DNA from: a virus
DNA: 48,932 nt
Direction: 5' to 3' (one strand)
IMG/VR virus record: IMGVR_UViG_3300048858_000013
Span: 1-48,932 of that record
Of the stretch, positions 38,301-45,942 are shown one piece after another. Each line of letters starts with the position of its first letter. Within the stretch, counting starts at the first letter, position 1. Under the pieces are notes generated by a model. That model saw nothing but the letters and a program-made list of their open reading frames with translations. It ran no database searches and had not been told where the DNA came from. The position numbers were made by a program, and so were the translations under genes.

Positions 38301-38461
38301 GCGTCGAATTGCCTGCCACCCGACTCGCGGTTCATCTGCCGAGGCTTCATATACTTCGGCTGATAGGTCAGATTCGTGGATTCGGGTGCCCCTGTGGGAA
38401 CGGTGCCATCCGGCGTGTCTGCCGCGAACGTGTCGCCCAGCGTTTTGAACAAACCAACCAT
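35375..38461 (-). CDS. Internal virion protein with N-terminal lytic transglycosylase (SLT) domain, 1028 aa
   Basis: DSEKAWGISQIQ ... LGAYHSGEG is the SLT signature (catalytic Glu, GxxQ, AYxxG). AAGGA Shine-Dalgarno. The 4-nt overlap with the next gene indicates coupling. Confidence 0.85.
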   Translation of the reverse strand: MVGLFKTLGDTFAADTPDGTVPTGAPESTNLTYQPKYMKPRQMNRESGGRQFDAQGKPLVGRYPDGSTPKDSEKAWGISQIQIATAKRTAQKHGIPWSQGKLLNNDDYNLQLGDLHMGDLLQKYGGDEQLALGAYHSGEGRVDRALKQYGRANFAQGLGPVGRKYVGMGKGASGMAGSMPTPVEVEDITKVQATPGEKAALGQPYQGVGNPFDTAGAVKAVDRVQSRASLADAILAQATTESQAIRKDQLQQIDSTVAAKKKLYEHGEETTNALINAATPIFQQRKQILERRKEVAGSNPFVAMVKGVIDPDWNSDALESRDNLLKADLSLLDEEYTHQNKLHENLIGLATAKNADQNVLYNAQLGNLGEDVRLAIQSYEMGGALLDAEMTPFKTDSALLAAQTQQRGNLLSTASTGQINEMLMQADASDNGIVEVQGMPIGKQMLLEEQSRRQEQGYHMGALKLGLMQQNQALVDTAQEKVLKTLNLDQVREGIDNGGIIDGVQFDVVKLGARAQQLREVSQGQAQDSIMATAGGQWASTVNNFTGTTHGYALRLGSMFGTVPDQFQNEFKMQTNRIIQVSQQIKQLAASGQDEAARQLVAATMPELQQMTERRDKLVDEMTTRWAGGNADLKAIGISWAQGTQVEPGAAMRGLVYMARNGAPAGMKFQGTAAKVFQTVRAATQAWDAKQTGEDALKGTAGDRDNALIQQIAGRLGGVFNSEMLTKTLVDAPVTARAVKVNGKVHPFSLVSQEAMSTAIQQGDERGYSVAAQYLGLNDPKVVKQILREGEKGATWQGLVKGLPDDKKNFGMLGEALKAGQMQSTFQILDSYRTDNMPAAPSTMLKDLMNRPEFYEGTKNQGLIEERGTMGGFVASAAASGGFGNEVQNLVKRANQSFVTYRAQTAKSVAVKGEALRNQPMARFAFMVKAIPGLTDADEAHLLGAVKAAIPAESTGVGILDSINRSQTMGQADSQTGRAGWKAIESTILNGKFEDPRAEALRKKVAKDWSLFHESTEKLANSSWFGGN

Positions 38462-38470
38462 GACTCATCC

Positions 38471-39331
38471 TTACAGTGCGAGAGACATACCGCCGCCCGA
38501 CTTCTTGCCGGTGGTCTTGGAATCTTCGGTCGCGACCGTGTTCGTGTTCTGATTCAGCAGCGTATTGATGATCGACATCAGGGACTGCGTCGTATCCTGT
38601 TGCGAGGTCGACGTATTCGTCTGATTCTGATTCTGCTGCTGTGTAGAATCCTGCGACCCGGTCTGGCTCTGAGTCGTAGCCTGCACACCAGTCGTGGCCT
38701 GCGTACCGCCCTTGAGCGCCGCCAGAAGCTGAGCCGCGTAGCCTTGCACCTGATTCGCGCCCGCCAGTTCAGTCTGGATATTCTGATTCTGGATCTGAGC
38801 AGCCTGCCCAGCTAGAGTCGCGCGCTGACCAGCCAGTGAAGCATTAGCGTCACCCTGCAAGCGATTCGCAAGCAAGGCACTCATGCTGTTGCCCGAGGCC
38901 GTGCCGCCCGACGCATCGAATAATCCGTTGAGGCTCTGCTCCAGCTGGGCCTGCTGACTCGCAGCCGCACTAGCCATCCCGCCAGAGACAAAGGCATCTG
39001 CGTCGAAATCGTTGGAGGTATCAACCTTCGCCGAGTTCGCGGCTTGAATGGCACCCAGAGTCGAACCTTCGAGCGCCGATAGAATCACGTCCGAGAATGA
39101 CTTAGTAGTCTGATCCTGCGTGGTCTGACCAGCGGTCTGCTGAGTCGAAACCTGCGAACCCTTGGTTGCGCCGGTGGTCGCCTGCGAACCAGACTGATTG
39201 GTCGTGGTCGAACCAGTCTGAGTCTGATTGGTGTTCTGGTTCTGATTCGAAGCAACCGTTTCGTTCTTGGTCGCGTTCGAATTCGTGGTGGCTTTATTCT
39301 TGCTGGAGCCGAAGCTGAGTCCGAGTGCCAT
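38471..39331 (-). CDS. Q/T/N/S/A-rich low-complexity internal virion protein (gp14-like by position), 286 aa
   Basis: Co-oriented ORF directly upstream of the two large internal proteins, with extreme polar low complexity. Confidence 0.7.
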   Translation of the reverse strand: MALGLSFGSSKNKATTNSNATKNETVASNQNQNTNQTQTGSTTTNQSGSQATTGATKGSQVSTQQTAGQTTQDQTTKSFSDVILSALEGSTLGAIQAANSAKVDTSNDFDADAFVSGGMASAAASQQAQLEQSLNGLFDASGGTASGNSMSALLANRLQGDANASLAGQRATLAGQAAQIQNQNIQTELAGANQVQGYAAQLLAALKGGTQATTGVQATTQSQTGSQDSTQQQNQNQTNTSTSQQDTTQSLMSIINTLLNQNTNTVATEDSKTTGKKSGGGMSLAL

Positions 39332-39343
39332 ATCCGGAGTTCC

Positions 39344-40495
39344 TTAGAGAGTCGGGATGCGCATGATGAAGCACAACGCGTAGTAGGGTGGAAGATGATT
39401 CACATCAGTGATCGGATGACGGTGAGCCGCAACCTCGTCGACGCTCACAGGATGCTCATGGGGCTGATCACCACCGACTCCAGTGGTGTAGCCTTCGCGC
39501 GTACCCGCGGACGAGTTACCGTCGATCGAGTCACCCTTCGTAGGAACCGCCGGCTGGCCGCCATGGTTGAACAGGTTATCGTTCTTGTCGACCACACCGT
39601 TCAAGTGCTTGTGACTCGGCAGTTCATCGACGGTGAGTGCATGACCGCCGACTTCGACACTCGGAGTATGCGCGCCACCCAGTTCCGTCTCGCCACCATG
39701 GTCGTGAGTCGTAGCGCCCCCGGTATCGCCCGGCTCATAAGCCAGACCCCCAGCCCCGATCACGAACTTATCGCGGAGGTCTGGAGTCCCGTTCAGCCCG
39801 TTGCAGAGTGCCCAGCGCTCCGGGATATCAAGCTCCGAGCCGGACCACATGATAATGAAGCCGACTCGCATGGCGTTGTCGAGAACGAAGTCGAGGACTC
39901 CTCCGATGGCCTCAAGAGGTATCTGACCTTCGTCGAATTTAATTGCCTTGCCTCGAACGTCGAGGTCACCCGCGAAAGATCCTGTGTGATTCCCTGAAGC
40001 ATCACCAGTGACGTCACCAGTAAGGTTGCCAGTAACGTCGCCAACAACAGGACCAGTATGCTTGCCCGCCGTATCGCCATTGATTCCCGACTCGACCTCA
40101 AGTACACCTTCGATGAGGATATCACCGCCGAAAGTATGATCGGTTTCGATTCGATCGGCAAGTCCGAGTTTAGGATCGCCGCCATATCCGTCGGGGTTGG
40201 CGACCGTAAGCTGCTCCGCATTGACGAGAAGCTTTCGGATTCGATATACGCCTGTACCGAGTCGGGCGAGGAATCCACGCTTCTCAGGAGTGAAGTTAAT
40301 TCCGTCAAGCTCTTCTGACTTGGCTTGGTAGCGTTCATCGTTGTTATCCCGGCTTAGTATCGGATGGCCACCTGGAGTCTCGCCGTCGTGCAGACGGATA
40401 TCCCAGTTGTCCATATCGACAGTGACTTGCCGCTCGGCGCCGACATAGGCATCCTGAGTCGGCTTGGTGCCCCCAACTTCCTGCTCGATTTTCAT
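39344..40495 (-). CDS. Tail fibre protein with Mtd-N-like N-terminus and phage tail-collar domain
   Basis: The N-terminal VTVDMDNWDIRLHDGETPGGHPI resembles the tropism-determinant N-terminal domain. The C-terminal IIMWSGSELDIPERWALCNGLNGTPDLRDKFVIGAG ... LPSHKH is the tail-collar signature. Confidence 0.8.
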   Translation of the reverse strand: MKIEQEVGGTKPTQDAYVGAERQVTVDMDNWDIRLHDGETPGGHPILSRDNNDERYQAKSEELDGINFTPEKRGFLARLGTGVYRIRKLLVNAEQLTVANPDGYGGDPKLGLADRIETDHTFGGDILIEGVLEVESGINGDTAGKHTGPVVGDVTGNLTGDVTGDASGNHTGSFAGDLDVRGKAIKFDEGQIPLEAIGGVLDFVLDNAMRVGFIIMWSGSELDIPERWALCNGLNGTPDLRDKFVIGAGGLAYEPGDTGGATTHDHGGETELGGAHTPSVEVGGHALTVDELPSHKHLNGVVDKNDNLFNHGGQPAVPTKGDSIDGNSSAGTREGYTTGVGGDQPHEHPVSVDEVAAHRHPITDVNHLPPYYALCFIMRIPTL

Positions 40496-42264
40496 AGGTA
40501 GCGTCCCGCATTAGTCGCAGTCAACTCAAAGGTGTGGAGATGATAGGCTTCCCCAACTGACTCCGCACCAATCTCAACGATATGCCAGATGCCCGGAACC
40601 GAGCAGGCGAACGAACGCATTTCCGGCAAGATGGTAGCTAGAGTCGGAGCCTCGCGCACGAAGTCCGAACCACCATCTACCGTACCAACCACCTCCAAGG
40701 TATGATTGATATAGTTGAGTGGACTGAGGCCCTTATCCTCGAATCCAAACAAGAGATTAAAGTCCTCGTCCGCAGTGCCATCAGGTACGAGGTTGAAGTC
40801 GACCTTGAGAATGTCCGAGTCACCGGACTTAACGCTGCGGACGAGGACCGAAGTGACCTCCCCCATTGCATCGGCGGGACCATCGTCAATGATCCGAAGG
40901 AGGCCGAACCGGAACAGGGAGTCAAGACCGACTAACTCTGCATTTACAGGACTCGTTGAACCAACAGAGTAATAGCCCTCAGTCCTTGATATGCCTGCCC
41001 GGCTGAATCCACTCAGCTTCGCCGACGAGGACAGGACCATGCCACTTTCCTCGTTGAGAGACTGAGTCGGCTTCTGAATTACGGGCCTATAAAGGTTCGA
41101 TGTGCGGGGTTTTGTCGCGGATTCGACGGGTGCCTCTCGCGCTCCACCGCCGCGCCAATAGCGAGGACGACCCGACTCGTCGACAAAGCCGAAGTAGTCG
41201 TCAGAACGCTCCGAACGGTTGACCCTAAACGGGAGTATGCCGTAGTGCGACTCATTGAACTCTCCCCATTTATCCAAAGGTGGATAGTAGACGAAGCATT
41301 TCTCGTACAGCGGTGAAGAGTACGAGTCAGAATAGCTAACGAAGAGATAACGCTTGCGGTCATCCCATTCGAGTCGGACGTTCACGCCGTCCCGATACTT
41401 GTTGTCCTGCAAGAAATTGATGAGGAACTCGTTGAAGACCGGCGCGTATGGCGTGATAGCCTCGCCCCGACTCTGGAACAGTCCACGCTCATCCAGGAAG
41501 ATCACGGTATCCTCGTCGACTCGCGCCATGCAGAACGAGTTGATCGGCCGATACTCGGTGTTCAGCGTACGGAATCGGAAGACTGAGACGTCGCCCGTAA
41601 ACTCCGCACGCATGATGCCACCGCTCGTCCAAGTCATCACGCCGCGCGCGTAGGACATTGCGAGGATAGGATCGCCTGCGACTCGCTCGGCAATCTTCTG
41701 AAAGCCGGCGCCGCCAAAGCCCGGAGTAAAATCCAGACCATTTGACGGCGCCGACCATCCGAGTAACTCGTCAGTCATCACGACGAGTCGGCCATTGTTC
41801 TCCGACACAGCCATGATTCGGGGCAGGGTTCCCTTAGCCACGTCTTCATGCGGAGCACAAATTCCGGTATCCAAATTCAGGACAAGGAGTCCCGTCGATG
41901 GATGCGCGAAATACATTTGGCCGTTCAAGTATTGATGAGTCCAACGGTAGGGCGTGACCGACAAGTCAGGAGTCTGGTAGATCGTTCTGAATCCACCTTT
42001 ATCCTCGTCCCACTCGTGAACACCATCCGAGAGCAGCGTGAAGCAACGATCGCCGCCACGAAGACGGAGTCGTACACCTTGCGCATGTTCCGGCCGCGTA
42101 AATGAGACAGGCGTCAGGAGGCGATTGCCGAACGGGCTCTTCACCCCCAAAGAGTCGAACGTATAGTTCTTCCCCTCGAGAGCGAACAGCTCTTTCGACT
42201 GAGTCGGATCAAGTCCGGGCGTGCGCCCTTTAATGTCCGCTGCTTTGAATCGACCTTCAGCCAT
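40492..42264 (-). CDS. Large tail structural protein, 590 aa (nozzle/tubular-B-like or baseplate-like; beta-rich)
   Basis: Co-oriented and coupled to the fibre gene by a 4-nt overlap. Beta-rich composition. The function is inferred from position only. Confidence 0.7.
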   Translation of the reverse strand: MAEGRFKAADIKGRTPGLDPTQSKELFALEGKNYTFDSLGVKSPFGNRLLTPVSFTRPEHAQGVRLRLRGGDRCFTLLSDGVHEWDEDKGGFRTIYQTPDLSVTPYRWTHQYLNGQMYFAHPSTGLLVLNLDTGICAPHEDVAKGTLPRIMAVSENNGRLVVMTDELLGWSAPSNGLDFTPGFGGAGFQKIAERVAGDPILAMSYARGVMTWTSGGIMRAEFTGDVSVFRFRTLNTEYRPINSFCMARVDEDTVIFLDERGLFQSRGEAITPYAPVFNEFLINFLQDNKYRDGVNVRLEWDDRKRYLFVSYSDSYSSPLYEKCFVYYPPLDKWGEFNESHYGILPFRVNRSERSDDYFGFVDESGRPRYWRGGGAREAPVESATKPRTSNLYRPVIQKPTQSLNEESGMVLSSSAKLSGFSRAGISRTEGYYSVGSTSPVNAELVGLDSLFRFGLLRIIDDGPADAMGEVTSVLVRSVKSGDSDILKVDFNLVPDGTADEDFNLLFGFEDKGLSPLNYINHTLEVVGTVDGGSDFVREAPTLATILPEMRSFACSVPGIWHIVEIGAESVGEAYHLHTFELTATNAGRYL

Positions 42265-42270
42265 GATACC

Positions 42271-42738
42271 TCAAATATACAGGCGATACTTGAACTTACG
42301 GAGCGACTCATCAGTCGTTGGCGCGATGATAATCTCGGCAGGCATTAACCCGCTGAGCGCATACACCGGAGCCCCGACCGCATACACACCGCTCCCTACC
42401 AGTGCGAGTCGCTGCACTGGCTTGTCGAACGGGCCGGGTGCCGCTTCCCACAGAGCGAACTCTGATTCCACGTAACACTCGGTTGCGCTCGTAGCAACGA
42501 TGGGCCAGCCGTCGTCATCGCGAGTCAGCTGGATTCTCTGGTAGCCGTTGACCCCAATCGTGGGCTCGGCCATGTTGGTCATCGTCATATCGAGAGTGGG
42601 GGCTCCCGCTACGAGTCCGACGAAGAAGGTGGGTGCGACCCCTTGGAATGCCGCGCGGAGGAATACCTCTGCTCCGGCTAGGCTGACGTTGTTGGGGATT
42701 ATGAGTCCGTCAGCCCGAATAAATTCACCGCGCATCAT
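42271..42738 (-). CDS. Hypothetical tail-associated protein, about 155 aa
   Basis: I place the start at the ATGATG at 42733-42738, preceded by GAGGA. The track ORF start at 42786 would overlap the upstream gene by 62 nt. Confidence 0.65.
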   Translation of the reverse strand: MMRGEFIRADGLIIPNNVSLAGAEVFLRAAFQGVAPTFFVGLVAGAPTLDMTMTNMAEPTIGVNGYQRIQLTRDDDGWPIVATSATECYVESEFALWEAAPGPFDKPVQRLALVGSGVYAVGAPVYALSGLMPAEIIIAPTTDESLRKFKYRLYI

Positions 42739-43126
42739 GGTGGTCCTCGTTGGGCGTTGATTCGGCGATCTTTTTGAACCGCTCAAATGGGGTCAAGACG
42801 GGGTCAGGTGCGGGATCGAGAACTTGCGGAATCAAAGCCTCAGACTCCCCCGCAAGTTCCTTAATCTCTTCTTCCGCTCGACCAGTGACTTGGACTCCAA
42901 CCACCTGCTTTACCACATCAGTCGTCGTCACCCCCTTTGTGACTCGATTCTCCACATGGAGACCGATGAACTGAGCGATCTTCTGGACAGTGCCCAAAGG
43001 ACCAGTGGCATCATCAGGTATGAGTCGCGAGACGATGTTAGCTGCGGCCACGAGAACGCCCATGTAAAAGAGCGTATCCGCTTGGCTGATGCCTAGGAGT
43101 CTAGCGATGTCTGGAATGAGGTCCAC
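42725..43126 (-). CDS. Small protein with one N-terminal TM-like helix, 133 aa (holin-like candidate)
   Basis: Hydrophobic segment TLFYMGVLVAAANIVSRLI followed by a charged tail. The function is a guess. Confidence 0.6.
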   Translation of the reverse strand: MDLIPDIARLLGISQADTLFYMGVLVAAANIVSRLIPDDATGPLGTVQKIAQFIGLHVENRVTKGVTTTDVVKQVVGVQVTGRAEEEIKELAGESEALIPQVLDPAPDPVLTPFERFKKIAESTPNEDHHDAR

Positions 43127-43197
43127 AAAATCTCTCCGTCTTACCCCTCCCAGAGTAAAGATTACGGTTATGAACTACAAGGGTTATGATTCAGGGA

Positions 43198-43464
43198 TCA
43201 ATAAACCTTGCCAGCTAGAGCGTCTTGAATCACTTGGAACAAGCCGCGCTGCGGAGGCGGGGCCACGCCTTTCTTGGGCTCCTGAGTCGGACCCGCTGTC
43301 TTGCGTACGACCGTGACTTCACGCTTAGTCTGCTTTTGTTTCTCGAAGGCGAGCATCTCTGTCGCGTTCTTGAATCCAAGCTGCTTTGCCACGGCCTCCT
43401 TCTCGGCTGCTGTGTAATCCGGAGTCGGACCCAGAGCGGTAGCTAATTCTGCAAAGTTAATCAT
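43198..43464 (-). CDS. Hypothetical protein, 88 aa
   Basis: Co-oriented ORF 9 nt downstream of the fibre gene. Lys-rich. Confidence 0.6.
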   Translation of the reverse strand: MINFAELATALGPTPDYTAAEKEAVAKQLGFKNATEMLAFEKQKQTKREVTVVRKTAGPTQEPKKGVAPPPQRGLFQVIQDALAGKVY

Positions 43465-43473
43465 ACCTGACTC

Positions 43474-45942
43474 CTACAGGATCTCGAAGGCCATGATGTG
43501 GAATGGAACTGTGCGCCCGATGAATGAAGCGCCATTGCCAACACAGAAGAATCCGAACTCGTTTATGTTCGCACCACCTACGTAAGTCTCCAACGCAGTA
43601 GCTGTACCGTGGCATTGGAACCACGACTCGCCATCTGAGCTAATAAACCATGACAGTACGGTGCCAACCTTTCTGAGTCGAATCCAAATTGGCGAGGACT
43701 GCGCAATATCGCCAGAGACTTCCACGACGCTGGAGTTATACGTTCCGAGCGCCGACCAATTCATTGCGCGGATACGGGCGGTTCCGATTCCAAAGGTCGA
43801 TAACCTGCCGGTAACTGTATTCCGAACATACAGGCTAACATTCGTATAGTTCTGGAAATACATCGGAGTCGAAATGAGCATCCGAATATCCCAGTCACCT
43901 GCTGGCGCAGGACGTTTCAGAATCGCACATCTATCTGAGTTCGCCAGCGTTACCTCGGCCAGAATACCGCGACTCGTTTGCTTGGCAGTAAAGACAGTCG
44001 AAGCTGAAATCTCGGACGTGAACCCTGCGAGTACCGGAGGCGTAGGCGGCTCAGCCCAAAATGGACTCGGACCTGCATCAGCACCACCGCCACCCGCACC
44101 AACCAAAGTCGACGGCACGCGAATCAAACGATCCTCGAAGCTATTCCAGCCACCCCAACCGAAACCAGTCAGAGTCTGCCAGTCTGCGCCATTATCCGAG
44201 AAAGCAACCTGTCCCGCGATAGGCGCTTGATTCCCATTGTCGAGACTCGAACGAATGAGAATTTCTTGAACCTCAGCTGGAGTCCCGAGGTCAAAGAACA
44301 CAGACGCGGAGGGGCCTAACGCCGCCCATTTCGTACCATTGTTTCCGTCGACTAGATTCGCAGCCTCAAACCCAGCACCATAAATCGAGTTAGCGGTCGC
44401 GGTGATTCCAGTCAAATCAGGACCACCGGGTGTTGATCGCAGCTTGAGTTCGCCGATCTGCAAGTTGGCTGAGTCCATGGCAGCAACCATGCCAAGAATC
44501 GCCCAGTAACGATGAGCGCCTATTTCACCCGAGCCACCACCGCCACCACCACTCGCAACAGTACCCGGCTCATAGCGTTGACTCACACTATTCCAGACCA
44601 AAACCTGCCCATGCGCGGGTGCAGTATCTGCTACATCATTAAGCGCTACAACCGTAGTCGGATAGTGATGTACGACAACCTCATCTTGATTCGCAAGCGG
44701 ATGATTAAACGTCTGCGCAGCATCATTGGGCCAAGTAGTGCTGGTGCTCCACTCAGTGACCCATGTGACTCCATCATCGCTTCGCTGAATTTGGAACGAC
44801 GTAGGCGCCTGATAATGGTATGGCGCTGCGCGAGGCGTGATCGACACCTGACGAATTGCTCGGGGAGTCGAGAAGTTATATCCCAACCAAGAAGGCAAAC
44901 CTCCCTGAACAATCGTCATTGTATTCAAATTGTTGTCGAACGCGTTAATGGCCGCGTTGCCACTTTCATTATAGAGTCCGCTGACAACCGGCACGCCGTT
45001 TACAGCTTGCTCTGCAACACCTATTTCTTGACGAAATTGCAACTCACGAGTCGAGAAGTATTGCTCACTCCCGAAAGTAAGGCAATTAACACGCCAATAC
45101 TTAGCCGCAACGGGGCCGTTCGTTGTTGGGCCGCTTGGACCTGTGGCCGTCGGTTCAACCTCAAAAGTCGAATCACCACCGCCGCCCGAGCCACCTTCAA
45201 TTGTACCCGGTTTGAACTTCTGCTCCGAGTCATCCCAGATCATTACTTGACCGTCGGTTGGCTCTACAGTCCAATCGACGTCGTTCAGGGCTTTGTAATG
45301 AGTCGGATAGTAATTCTTAAGTTCAGGATCGTTAGGGTTCGCATGGTAAACCTGTGGCACGTCGTTGGACATACCCGAGTCAGGAATATGCCACTCAGTC
45401 GTCCACGTCAGGCCATTGTCATCTGACCAATCGACATTCAAGGCGCCCGGCGCGCCAGTGGGATATCCACCGCGGATTCGCATCATCACTTCACGAACGA
45501 GAACTGGCTGGGGGAAGTGATACCCTATGATTCCAGCGCCGCCACCAGCCGTATGCCAGAAAGTCCCGGTGTTGTTGTCGAAGGCGTTAGCTGCGACTTG
45601 ACCTTGCAACACAGAGCTAGCGAATGCGACTCCGCCGGTCGCCAATTCCGGCACACCAACAACACTGCGGAATTGAATCTCCGAAAGCATTACGGAGTCC
45701 CAGCCCTTGGTCGTAAGGCAATTTAGCCTCCACGATTTATGGGCACCTGACTCCACAAGGTATCCTGAAGGTCCGGTCGCAGTCGGTTCTACATCGCTAG
45801 ACGGCCCGCCCCCGCCACCGGCCATCGGCCCCGGCACATACATGCCAAGGAGCGCATTCCAGATCAGAACATCATTATCATCCGGTGGAGTCCCAGAGAT
45901 ATCACTGATATCAGAAAGTTTGATCTTCATGTCAGAATCCAA
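43474..45942 (-). CDS. Tail fibre / receptor-binding protein with three discoidin (F5/8 type C, CBM32-like) modules and a C-terminal ConA/LamG-like domain, 822 aa
   Basis: The protein has three modules. Each consists of a (V/L)(L/M)IW...Y/K-PG(P/T) segment, a poly-Gly linker, and a domain with the AFD(N/G)N..T.W signature (AANAFDNNTGTFW, AINAFDNNLNTM, AANLVDGNNGTKW). The C-terminus has DWDIRM ... WIRLRKVGTVLSWFISSDGESW. Confidence 0.85.
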   Translation of the reverse strand: MDSDMKIKLSDISDISGTPPDDNDVLIWNALLGMYVPGPMAGGGGGPSSDVEPTATGPSGYLVESGAHKSWRLNCLTTKGWDSVMLSEIQFRSVVGVPELATGGVAFASSVLQGQVAANAFDNNTGTFWHTAGGGAGIIGYHFPQPVLVREVMMRIRGGYPTGAPGALNVDWSDDNGLTWTTEWHIPDSGMSNDVPQVYHANPNDPELKNYYPTHYKALNDVDWTVEPTDGQVMIWDDSEQKFKPGTIEGGSGGGGDSTFEVEPTATGPSGPTTNGPVAAKYWRVNCLTFGSEQYFSTRELQFRQEIGVAEQAVNGVPVVSGLYNESGNAAINAFDNNLNTMTIVQGGLPSWLGYNFSTPRAIRQVSITPRAAPYHYQAPTSFQIQRSDDGVTWVTEWSTSTTWPNDAAQTFNHPLANQDEVVVHHYPTTVVALNDVADTAPAHGQVLVWNSVSQRYEPGTVASGGGGGGSGEIGAHRYWAILGMVAAMDSANLQIGELKLRSTPGGPDLTGITATANSIYGAGFEAANLVDGNNGTKWAALGPSASVFFDLGTPAEVQEILIRSSLDNGNQAPIAGQVAFSDNGADWQTLTGFGWGGWNSFEDRLIRVPSTLVGAGGGGADAGPSPFWAEPPTPPVLAGFTSEISASTVFTAKQTSRGILAEVTLANSDRCAILKRPAPAGDWDIRMLISTPMYFQNYTNVSLYVRNTVTGRLSTFGIGTARIRAMNWSALGTYNSSVVEVSGDIAQSSPIWIRLRKVGTVLSWFISSDGESWFQCHGTATALETYVGGANINEFGFFCVGNGASFIGRTVPFHIMAFEIL

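Noticed and set aside
35366-38815. A 1149-aa + strand ORF, together with the other very long antisense ORFs in the track: 888-1988, 2076-3350, 5140-6270, 30909-32768, 33366-34571, 23348-24241, 24823-25737 and 26128-26952.
   Set aside because: Coordinate arithmetic shows that each lies in the codon-aligned mirror frame of a well-supported gene on the other strand. For example, 38459-35366, 3291-2076, 6385-5140 and 25735-24421 are all multiples of 3. That frame can only be closed by sense codons TTA, CTA or TCA, which this genome evidently avoids. The translations are R/L/H/S/A-rich low complexity with no ribosome-binding sites. They are shadow ORFs, not overlapping genes.
39344-40495. An Mtd-N-like N-terminus of the tail-collar fibre, which might suggest a diversity-generating retroelement.
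   Set aside because: No reverse transcriptase ORF is present, and I could not find a template/variable repeat pair. Only the N-terminal adaptor domain resembles Mtd.
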